From: Candidatus Aenigmatarchaeota archaeon
Lineage (GTDB): Archaea; Aenigmatarchaeota; Aenigmatarchaeia; Aenigmatarchaeales; JACQIB01
Direction of reading: 5' to 3'
NCBI GenBank assembly: GCA_038999215.1
Contig: JAWABM010000015.1
Coordinates: 1 to 13,409, forward strand
DNA length: 13,409 nt
The notes beneath the pieces are model-generated. The model ran no database searches and was not told where the DNA came from. It saw only the letters and a list, made by a program, of their open reading frames with translations. Shown here one piece after another: positions 6,882-13,409 of the stretch (position 1 is the stretch's first letter; each line of letters opens with the position of its first letter). The position numbers and the translations under genes are program-made.

Positions 6882-9212
6882 ATGGAAATGCCAGCGAGAT
6901 ACGACCCGAAGGAAGCCGAGCCCAGGCTGCAGAAATGGTGGGAGAAGGAGGGGCTGTACAAGTACGACCCGAAAAGCAAGAAGCCCGCCTACACGATAGA
7001 CACGCCGCCTCCCACGGTGTCAGGATTCATACACGTGGGGCACGTGCTCGGCTACACGACGGCCGAATTCGTCGCCAGGTTCTGGAGGATGAACGGCCAT
7101 AACGTATTCTATCCCATGGGGTTCGACGACAACGGCCTGGCGAGCGAGAGATATGTGGAGAAGAAAAGGGGGATAAGGGCAAGCGAGCTCCAGCGCGACA
7201 AGTTCGTCAATATATGCCTGGAGGAGACGGCCAAGGGAGGCCGGGAATTCAGGAACGTCTGGGAAAGGCTGGGGATATCGGTCGACTGGAGCCTGCTCTA
7301 TAGCACCATAAACCCGCTATGCCAGAGGATATCTCAGCGGTCGTTCCTGGACCTTTACAAGAAAGGAAGGGTATACCAGCAGGAAGGCCCGACAGTATGG
7401 TGCCCGGCATGCCAGACGGCCATAGCCCAGGCGGAGCTTGAGGACGCCAGAAGGACAACGAAGCTCACGACGATATCGTTCATGCTCAAGGACGGAAAGA
7501 AAATACAGATAGCGACAACGAGACCGGAGTTCCTTCCGGCCTGCGTCGCGATATTCGTCCATCCGGAAGACAAGCGCTACAAGGGCCTCGTTGGAAAGAA
7601 GGCGATAGTACCGCTTTTCGGGCAGGAGGTGGCGATAGCGACGGACGAGAAGGTCGACCCGGAGTTCGGGACGGGCATAGTGATGGTCTGCACTTTCGGG
7701 GACCGCACCGACGTGGAGTGGTGGCAGAAGCACAAGCTCCCGCTCAAGATAATACTCGACAAGAGCGGAAGGCTCACCGTCAAAGGCTACGAAGGAATGA
7801 GGCCGGAGGAGGCGCGGACTGCGGTCCTTGAGCAGCTGAAAAAGGAAGGGCTCGTGACCGAGCAAAAGGACCTTGAACAGACAGTGAACGTGCATGAGCG
7901 CTGCGGAACGCCGGTCGAGTTCTACGTTTCGCAGCAGTGGTACATCAGGGTCACAGACATGAAAGAGAAATGGCTGGAGCTGGGCGAGCAGATAAGATGG
8001 CATCCGGAGCACATGAAGGTCAGATACAGGCAATGGGTCGAGGGGCTCAATACTGACTGGTGCATATCCAGGCAGAGGTACTACGGGATACCTTTCCCTG
8101 TCTGGCACTGCAAGAAATGCGGGGCCGCGATTCTTGCGGACGAGAAGGAGCTGCCGATCGACCCGACTCTCGTGAAACGCAAGTGCCGCTGCGGAGCTGA
8201 AGCCGAGCCGGACAGGAACGTGATGGACACCTGGGCAACTTCGTCGCTCACGCCGCAGATAAACGCAAGATGGGGGGAGAAGGACGAGCGCCTGCGGCTG
8301 CCGCTTTCGCTGAGGCCGCAGGGCTACGAGATAATCAGGACATGGGCCTTCTACACGATTGTCAAGGCCTGGCTGCACAGCCAGAGCCTGCCGTGGAAGG
8401 ACGTGATGATCAACGGGATGGGGCTGGATCCCAAAGGCAGGGCCATGCACAAGTCAAAGGGAAACGTGATCGACCCCCTGCCGCTGATAGGCAAGTACTG
8501 CGCGGACGCCCTGCGCTACTGGGCAGCGTCGGCGACGCTAGGGAACGACATGCCCTACCAGGAGAAGGACGTGGCCACCGGCCAGAAGCTCATAACGAAG
8601 CTGTGGAACGCTTCGCGCTTCGCAAGCATGCACATCAAGGGCAGGCCGAAAAAGCCGAAGGAGCTCAGGCCCATGGACAAGTGGCTGCTCGGCAAGCTTT
8701 CCGCGGTAATAACCGAGTCCACCGAAGCGATGAAGTGCTATAACTATGCCCGCGCGAAGGCGGCGGCGGACGTGTTCTTCTGGCACACGTTCTGCGACAA
8801 CTACCTGGAGTTCGTGAAGCACAGGATTTACGACAAGCAGGACGAATCGGCGAGCTACACGCTCTACGTCGCGCTCCTGTCGATGATAAAGATGCTCGCA
8901 CCCTTCGTGCCGCACGTCACCGAGGAAATATACCGGCATCTGTTCAAAGAGCACGAGGGTGACAAATCAGTTCACGTTTCTGCCTGGCCGACGGCAGATT
9001 GGGAGTTCCCGACGGAGGAAGGCGACAAGGCGGCAGCGGCGATAGCGGCCATAAGGCAGTGGAAGCACGACCAGAAGCTGCCGCTGAACGCGGAGCTGAA
9101 GAAGGTGACCCTGGCGGAAGGCAGCGTCGCGAAGGAGTTTTTGGACGATGTCCGCGGCGCCATGAAGGTGAAGGAAGTCGCTTTCGGCAGGGAGTTCTCC
9201 GCTCAAGCATAG
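6882..9212 (+). CDS. valS: Valine--tRNA ligase (archaeal type)
   Basis: IDTPPPTVSG, HVGH (HIGH), GFDDNG, ATTRPE, DWCISRQR, MDTWATSS and AMHKS (KMSKS-equivalent). ATG 6882 is preferred over TTG 6876. Confidence 0.96.
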   Translation: MEMPARYDPKEAEPRLQKWWEKEGLYKYDPKSKKPAYTIDTPPPTVSGFIHVGHVLGYTTAEFVARFWRMNGHNVFYPMGFDDNGLASERYVEKKRGIRASELQRDKFVNICLEETAKGGREFRNVWERLGISVDWSLLYSTINPLCQRISQRSFLDLYKKGRVYQQEGPTVWCPACQTAIAQAELEDARRTTKLTTISFMLKDGKKIQIATTRPEFLPACVAIFVHPEDKRYKGLVGKKAIVPLFGQEVAIATDEKVDPEFGTGIVMVCTFGDRTDVEWWQKHKLPLKIILDKSGRLTVKGYEGMRPEEARTAVLEQLKKEGLVTEQKDLEQTVNVHERCGTPVEFYVSQQWYIRVTDMKEKWLELGEQIRWHPEHMKVRYRQWVEGLNTDWCISRQRYYGIPFPVWHCKKCGAAILADEKELPIDPTLVKRKCRCGAEAEPDRNVMDTWATSSLTPQINARWGEKDERLRLPLSLRPQGYEIIRTWAFYTIVKAWLHSQSLPWKDVMINGMGLDPKGRAMHKSKGNVIDPLPLIGKYCADALRYWAASATLGNDMPYQEKDVATGQKLITKLWNASRFASMHIKGRPKKPKELRPMDKWLLGKLSAVITESTEAMKCYNYARAKAAADVFFWHTFCDNYLEFVKHRIYDKQDESASYTLYVALLSMIKMLAPFVPHVTEEIYRHLFKEHEGDKSVHVSAWPTADWEFPTEEGDKAAAAIAAIRQWKHDQKLPLNAELKKVTLAEGSVAKEFLDDVRGAMKVKEVAFGREFSAQA

Positions 9213-9218
9213 GATAGA

Positions 9219-9249
9219 TTTATATACTACTTAACAGTAATAATTATTA
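9219..9249 (+). promoter_or_regulatory. Promoter copy 1 (TATA plus shared downstream motif)
   Basis: TTTATATACTACTTAACAGTAATAATTATTA is 26/31 identical to 10712-10742. Confidence 0.7.
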
Positions 9250-9386
9250 TGGCACGTGCCGCAGAATCCGACCTCATTATGGACATAGCAGCCTACAGGA
9301 GGCTGTTCGAGAAGCAGGCAAAGGAGAGGAAGAAGGACAAGAGGGCAGTGGGGCCCTACGACAAGTATATCAGCGCATACCAGTGA
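9249..9386 (+). CDS. Small hypothetical protein, 45 aa (MARAAESDLIMDIAAYRRLFEKQAKERKKDKRAVGPYDKYISAYQ)
   Basis: ATG lies 30 nt from the TATA start, codon usage is genome-typical (AGG, ATA, AAG, GAG), and the ORF fills the valS-aRF1 gap. Confidence 0.7.
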   Translation: MARAAESDLIMDIAAYRRLFEKQAKERKKDKRAVGPYDKYISAYQ

Positions 9387-9395
9387 CTGAATTCT

Positions 9396-9403
9396 TTTAA
9401 ATA
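9396..9403 (+). promoter_or_regulatory. TATA box for the aRF1 transcript
   Basis: TTTAAATA starting 30 nt before ATG 9426. Confidence 0.65.
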
Positions 9404-9425
9404 CCCCGGACGCGATAAAAGTCCT

Positions 9426-9449
9426 ATGCCGAACGGAAAGCAGTTCTGA
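9426..9449 (+). promoter_or_regulatory. In-frame upstream ORF MPNGKQF-UGA ahead of aRF1
   Basis: ATG CCG AAC GGA AAG CAG TTC TGA C, then CGC AAT TCT TCC AGC GTG AGC TCT ATG continues in frame into aRF1 with no further stop. Confidence 0.55.
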
Positions 9450-9473
9450 CGCAATTCTTCCAGCGTGAGCTCT

Positions 9474-10679
9474 ATGACAGAAGACAACATAAAAAAGCTG
9501 AGAAAACTCATCGAGGAGCTCCAGGGCTTCCGCGGCAGGCATACGGAGCTAGTCTCAGTCTATGTTCCGGCGGGCTACAGGCTCGTCGAAGTTATAAACC
9601 AGCTGAAGCAGGAGCAGGGCACTGCCGAGAACATAAAGAGCAAGACCACGCGCAAGAACGTCGTGGACGCCCTGGAAAGGGCGGTGCAGTACATGAAGAC
9701 CTTCAAGGACACGCCGAAGAACGGGCTCGTGGTGTTCAGCGGGAACGTGTCGGAGCACGAAGGCGTCAGTGACATAAGGGTCTGGGGCATAGAGCCGCCT
9801 GAACCCTTGAAAGTGAAGATGTACTGGTGCGGCCAGACCTTCAGGCTCGAGCCGCTGCTGGACATGGTCAAGGAGAAGGAGGTGTACGGGCTCGTCGTCA
9901 TGGACATAGGCGAGGCCACTATAGGCATCCTCAGGGGCAAGACGATACAGGTCCTCAGGCACATGGACTCGATAGTCCCGGGAAAGACATCCAAGGGAGG
10001 CCAGTCCGCACAGAGGTACGAGCGCGTGCGCGAGGGCCTGATAAACGACTTTTTCAAGATGGTCGCGGAAGCCGTAAAGGCCATGAACAGCGACGAGGTC
10101 AAGGGAATAATCATAGGAGGCCCTGGACCCGGGAAGGAGGACTTCATGCGCGGCGAATACCTGCAGACCGCGATCAAGAACAAGGTGCTCGGGATAAGGA
10201 GCACGGGATATGCCGACGAGTCGGGGCTGCACGAGCTGCTTGAAAGGAGCAGGGACCTGCTGGCAGAGGCGGCGTTCACGAAGGAGAAGGATCTGCTCAA
10301 GAAATTCTTCGAGCAGCTGCAGAAGGACACGGGCCTGGTGACCTACGGGCTGAACTTCGTGCTCAAGGCGCTGGAAGCGGGCGCCGTCAGCGTATTGCTG
10401 ATAAGCGAGGGGCTGGACATCATAGAGGCGGAGCTGCTGTGCAGCTGCGGCAATTCGTACAAGAAGTTCATAAAGAGGGAGAAACTTGCGAGCGAGAGGT
10501 GCCCCAAGTGCGGAGGGCCTGTCGGCATCGTGGGCGAAAGGGGCATCGAAGAGGCGATGGAGGAGATGGCTAAGGCATCCGGCGCAAAAATAGAGATGAT
10601 ATCCAAAGAGACCAAGGAGGGCGAGCAGCTGGCAGCCATAGGCGGGATAGCGGCCTTCCTCAGGTACCGCCTGGAATAA
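9474..10679 (+). CDS. prf1: Peptide chain release factor aRF1
   Basis: GRHTELVS, NIKS, YWCGQTF (YxCxxxF), GGQSAQRY, a Cys4 Zn mini-domain (CSCG...CPKCG) and the C-terminal GGIAAFLRY. Confidence 0.97.
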   Translation: MTEDNIKKLRKLIEELQGFRGRHTELVSVYVPAGYRLVEVINQLKQEQGTAENIKSKTTRKNVVDALERAVQYMKTFKDTPKNGLVVFSGNVSEHEGVSDIRVWGIEPPEPLKVKMYWCGQTFRLEPLLDMVKEKEVYGLVVMDIGEATIGILRGKTIQVLRHMDSIVPGKTSKGGQSAQRYERVREGLINDFFKMVAEAVKAMNSDEVKGIIIGGPGPGKEDFMRGEYLQTAIKNKVLGIRSTGYADESGLHELLERSRDLLAEAAFTKEKDLLKKFFEQLQKDTGLVTYGLNFVLKALEAGAVSVLLISEGLDIIEAELLCSCGNSYKKFIKREKLASERCPKCGGPVGIVGERGIEEAMEEMAKASGAKIEMISKETKEGEQLAAIGGIAAFLRYRLE

Positions 10680-10711
10680 ACCCCTTACGGCGTAACCAAT
10701 CCTTTGTCAAG

Positions 10712-10742
10712 TTTATATACCACTTCTAAGTAATAATAATTA
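10712..10742 (+). promoter_or_regulatory. Promoter copy 2 (TATA plus shared downstream motif)
   Basis: TTTATATACCACTTCTAAGTAATAATAATTA, followed by an AGGTGA RBS at 10742-10747. Confidence 0.7.
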
Positions 10743-10752
10743 GGTGAAAGCA

Positions 10753-10845
10753 ATGTGCGACTGGAGCAAACTCGACAAGGAAGAGGACTACATGAAGGAA
10801 GAGCCGAAGAAGACGGCCTATAGCGGCTCATGCTTCGAGTGCTGA
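10753..10845 (+). CDS. Small Cys-containing protein, 30 aa (MCDWSKLDKEEDYMKEEPKKTAYSGSCFEC)
   Basis: TATA box, strong AGGTGA RBS 5 nt before the ATG and typical codon usage. It stops 5 nt short of the convergent NYN gene. Confidence 0.7.
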   Translation: MCDWSKLDKEEDYMKEEPKKTAYSGSCFEC

Positions 10846-10850
10846 AGCAA

Positions 10851-11327
10851 TCAGCTTATGAGCTCAACATCGTCCGCCGCATGCTGAAGGCTTGCGGCGA
10901 GGCCCGGCTTCGCGCCTATGAGAACGACCTTCTTTCCGCGTTCCTTCGCCTTCTGAATGAGGGCGAGGAAATCGGCGTCCCTCGTCGCAAGCGCGATTAT
11001 CTCTATCTCAGGGTTGTTTATGGCCTCCATCGCGTGCACGCAGACCGTGACGTCCACGTCGGTCTTCTGCTCGGCGTCGCCCAAAGCTATTATCGACTCA
11101 AGGCCCTCGTTCGCCACGGCCTCTATCAGCTTCTCGCTGGCGAACTGATTCAGGAACACTTTGCCCACTACGATGCGTCCGTGCTTTTCCACGCGCTTTC
11201 TGAGGTCGCGCAAATCGATGTTGAATTCCTTCCTTATCATGTTCGGGCCGTCAACAAAAAGGGCGACAGAAGGCCTTTCCTTGGCGAGAATGCCCAAACC
11301 CCTCTTAACAGCGCTCAAAACCGTCAT
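10851..11327 (-). CDS. NYN domain protein (TIGR00288/LabA-DUF88-like)
   Basis: ALFVDGPN, TDVDV, TRDADF, GKKVVLIG and LQHAAD motifs. Start MTVLS at 11327, with GTTAAATA beginning 30 nt upstream (11357). Confidence 0.9.
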   Translation of the reverse strand: MTVLSAVKRGLGILAKERPSVALFVDGPNMIRKEFNIDLRDLRKRVEKHGRIVVGKVFLNQFASEKLIEAVANEGLESIIALGDAEQKTDVDVTVCVHAMEAINNPEIEIIALATRDADFLALIQKAKERGKKVVLIGAKPGLAASLQHAADDVELIS

Positions 11328-11352
11328 AATCCTAAACTGGATTCTTAAGTAT

Positions 11353-12150
11353 TTAACCTTTAATACTGAGGCCGAAGAAGCGCACCGCATTTTCTCCGCA
11401 TGCCTTCCAGATTTCCCCGAAGGGCAGGCCCTTTATCTCCGCGACCTTTTCGGCGACCATCCTTATCGAGGTCGGCTCGTTGCGCGCCTTCGGGTCGATT
11501 TTCCAGGCTTCGCCCTCCCTTTTCAGACTCAGCCATGGGGCGTCCGTCTCCAGGAGCAGCCGCTCCAAAGGCGTATCGCGGACCACCTTCCTGTAGCCCT
11601 TGCTGGTGAAGACGATGGTGTTGACGCCCACATAATAGCCGGCCGCGAGCACGCGCTTCATCAGCCCCTCCTGGTGGCCGCCCCACATGTGCAAGTACGC
11701 CTTTGCCGGGCCGTGGCGTTCGAGGATGTCCAGCACATCTTGGTGCGAAGCGCGCGAATGTATGACAACGGGCAGGTCCAACTCCTTGGCGAGCCCGAGC
11801 ATCTCCGCGAAGAGCCGTCTGGACGCTTCCTGCTGGCCTGGCTCCTTTACCCAGTCATAGTCAAGGCCTATCTCGCCTATGCCCACCAGCCTAGCCTTAT
11901 TGGCTATTATCTTTTTGATGTATTCGGCTTTCGCCTCGGCAGAAACGTCCTTCATGAACTCGGGATGGAATCCGGCGGTAATGAAGACGAAACCGCTGTG
12001 CTTCTCGGCAATCGCAAGGGCCTTGTCGAAGTCCCAGGGCCGAGAACACGAGGATACGACGGCCTTCAGCTCCTTCCTGCAGCGCCCGACGACGGAATCC
12101 CTGTCGTCGTCATAGGACCTCCATTCAAGATGGCAGTGGCTGTCTATCAT
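11353..12150 (-). CDS. tatD: TatD family nuclease/hydrolase
   Basis: MIDSHCHL, GFHP, GEIGLD, IHSR, LETDAP and RNEP motifs. The true start is ATG 12150. Confidence 0.93.
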   Translation of the reverse strand: MIDSHCHLEWRSYDDDRDSVVGRCRKELKAVVSSCSRPWDFDKALAIAEKHSGFVFITAGFHPEFMKDVSAEAKAEYIKKIIANKARLVGIGEIGLDYDWVKEPGQQEASRRLFAEMLGLAKELDLPVVIHSRASHQDVLDILERHGPAKAYLHMWGGHQEGLMKRVLAAGYYVGVNTIVFTSKGYRKVVRDTPLERLLLETDAPWLSLKREGEAWKIDPKARNEPTSIRMVAEKVAEIKGLPFGEIWKACGENAVRFFGLSIKG

Positions 12151-12245
12151 CTTGTCTTTCTCCACTTGTGTGCGCCCTTCTTGCTCTTGAACCTGCGGCT
12201 GTACTTCCTCTGCGCCCTCCTGCACCCGAAAATCCTCTTTGACAT
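12147..12245 (-). CDS. Small highly basic protein, 32 aa (MSKRIFGCRRAQRKYSRRFKSKKGAHKWRKTR)
   Basis: AGGTGA RBS at 12255-12250, 4 nt before the ATG. Its stop overlaps the tatD start (ATGA). 15/32 residues are K or R. Confidence 0.72.
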   Translation of the reverse strand: MSKRIFGCRRAQRKYSRRFKSKKGAHKWRKTR

Positions 12246-12255
12246 GAGTTCACCT

Positions 12256-12286
12256 TACTTTTATATGGCAGCGGCAAATAAATATC
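12256..12286. promoter_or_regulatory. Overlapping divergent promoters
   Basis: TTTTATAT at 12259-12266 (+) for the PIN gene, and ATTTATTT on the minus strand at ~12277-12284 for the basic ORF-tatD unit. Confidence 0.5.
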
Positions 12287-12643
12287 ATGCGCATACTGCT
12301 TGACACCAATTTTTTGGTGTTCGCGGCGAAGAAAAAAGTGAGGATATTCTCCGAACTGGAGGGCGAACTGTACACGATCGACCTGGTCGAACGCGAACTG
12401 GCGAAACTTGCCGGGGGCAACGGAAAAGACGCGGCCGCGGCCAGAATAGCGCTCAAGCTCCTCAAAGCCGAGGGCATAAGGGCCCTGAAGGCCGAGAAGG
12501 AGGAGGCGGACGATGAGCTCGCGAGAAGGGCGAAGGCCGGATTCGCCGTGGCGACGCAGGACAGGGCGCTCAGGGAAAGGATCAAAAAGTCCGGCGGCAA
12601 GGTCATATTCATCAGGCAGGGCAGGCATGCCGTGCAAGGATAA
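12287..12643 (+). CDS. PIN domain protein (Fcf1/Utp24-like)
   Basis: ILLDTNFL, VERE, ADD and VATQD acidic tetrad. It occupies the usual archaeal position just upstream of rpoE1. Confidence 0.88.
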   Translation: MRILLDTNFLVFAAKKKVRIFSELEGELYTIDLVERELAKLAGGNGKDAAAARIALKLLKAEGIRALKAEKEEADDELARRAKAGFAVATQDRALRERIKKSGGKVIFIRQGRHAVQG

Positions 12644-12646
12644 AGG

Positions 12647-12677
12647 TTTTAAATATCACACATCACTATTGTGATAT
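12647..12677 (+). promoter_or_regulatory. rpoE1 promoter: TATA box plus inverted repeat
   Basis: AAAGG-TTTTAAAT (12647-12654) overlapping ATATCACA-N9-TGTGATAT (12653-12677). Confidence 0.6.
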
Positions 12678-12688
12678 GAGCTGATGCC

Positions 12689-13285
12689 ATGTACGAACTT
12701 TGCACGATAGAGGACGTGGTCGCGGTCCACCCGACAAAATTCTCGCTCCAGCTGGAGGAGGCGGTGAAGGACAGCATACAGCAGAAATACGAGGGCAAGA
12801 TAGACAACGACATAGGAGTCGCGCTCTCGGTGGTCGATGTGAAGAGCGTGGGCGACGGAAAAGTGCTGCCGGGCGACCCGTCGGTGCATTATCCTGTGAA
12901 TTTCACGCTGCTCACATGGATGCCGAAGGAGCACGAGATAGTCGAGGGCGAGGTGGTGGACGTCACGGAATGGGGGGCATTTGTCAGGGTCGGACCGCTG
13001 GACGGGCTCGTTCACATATCCCAGGTGATGGACGATTATGTCTCCTATGACGAGAAGAACGGCCAGTTGGCCGGCAAGACGAGCAGGAGGATACTGAAAG
13101 TGGGGGACAAAGTGAGGGCAAGGATAATCTCCATAAGCCTGAAGGAGCAAAGCAAGGTCGGCCTTACCATGAGGCAGCCGTTCCTCGGGAGCGTGAAATG
13201 GCTGGAGGAGAGGGCCAAGGAGAAGGCCAAGGAAGAGGCGGCGCAGGCCAAGGAGGAGAAAAAGGAAAAGAAAGAGAAAAAGTAA
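12689..13285 (+). CDS. rpoE1: DNA-directed RNA polymerase subunit E' (Rpo7)
   Basis: EIVEGEV, WGAFVRVGPLDGLVHISQVMDD (S1 domain) and GLTMRQPFLG. Confidence 0.97.
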   Translation: MYELCTIEDVVAVHPTKFSLQLEEAVKDSIQQKYEGKIDNDIGVALSVVDVKSVGDGKVLPGDPSVHYPVNFTLLTWMPKEHEIVEGEVVDVTEWGAFVRVGPLDGLVHISQVMDDYVSYDEKNGQLAGKTSRRILKVGDKVRARIISISLKEQSKVGLTMRQPFLGSVKWLEERAKEKAKEEAAQAKEEKKEKKEKK

Positions 13286-13312
13286 TGCCTATGCTTTACA
13301 TGCGGTGATTAG

Positions 13313-13409
13313 ATGGTAACAAGGGCGTGCAAGACATGCAGGAGGCTGGTCAAGGGCAACATGTGCCCTGTCTGCAAGACCAGCGAGCTGACAAGGAACT
13401 GGAAGGGCG
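13313..13409 (+). CDS. spt4: Transcription elongation factor Spt4 (RpoE''), 3'-truncated
   Basis: MVTRACKTCRRLVKGNMCPVCKTSELTRNWKG contains two CxxC motifs and WKG. A GGTGAT RBS lies at 13304-13309, and the gene follows rpoE1. Confidence 0.95.
   Translation, partial: MVTRACKTCRRLVKGNMCPVCKTSELTRNWKG

Noticed and set aside
7317..8450. 377-aa minus-strand ORF and other long antisense ORFs over valS, fttA and aRF1
   Set aside because: They lie entirely opposite well-conserved genes and have no family signatures.
9447..9449. UGA as selenocysteine or a reassigned stop codon
   Set aside because: TGA terminates other genes here (DUF192, NYN, the small ORFs), and no SECIS element is recognisable.
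9444..9450. prfB-style +1 frameshift at TTC-TGA-C
   Set aside because: The uORF is already in frame with aRF1, so a shift would leave the frame, and there is no internal SD just upstream. Readthrough or reinitiation fits better.
12151..12225. N-terminal extension of TatD in the ORF track
   Set aside because: TatD starts at MIDSHCH, and this region is better explained by the RBS-led 32-aa ORF in another frame.
11161..12303. 380-aa plus-strand ORF
   Set aside because: It is the antisense shadow of tatD/NYN, has no recognisable motifs, and is expected from GC-rich codon bias.
13201..13285. Purine-rich low-complexity run at the end of rpoE1
   Set aside because: It encodes an ordinary Lys/Glu-rich tail and is not a repeat array.

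Overview
Gene-dense archaeal core-genome window (GC-rich coding, ATA/AGG codon preference, TATA-box promoters, GGTGA ribosome-binding sites). The compact layout is consistent with a DPANN-type archaeon, but that is inference. In order it contains: a 5'-truncated Ig-repeat surface glycoprotein, psmB, aCPSF1/FttA, a membrane metal-dependent hydrolase, tRNA-Ile(GAU), tRNA-Ala(CGC), a DUF192 protein, a metallophosphoesterase, valS, aRF1, a NYN protein, TatD, a PIN protein, rpoE1 and the start of spt4. Three small ORFs (45, 30 and 32 aa) missing from the ORF track also have good expression signals. The most notable observation is upstream of aRF1: a 7-codon ORF starts at the position where leaderless genes in this window start, lies in frame with aRF1 and ends in UGA-C. 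This is a candidate stop-codon-sensing autoregulatory switch for an archaeal release factor. The two small ORFs flanking aRF1 also share a near-identical 31-bp promoter.
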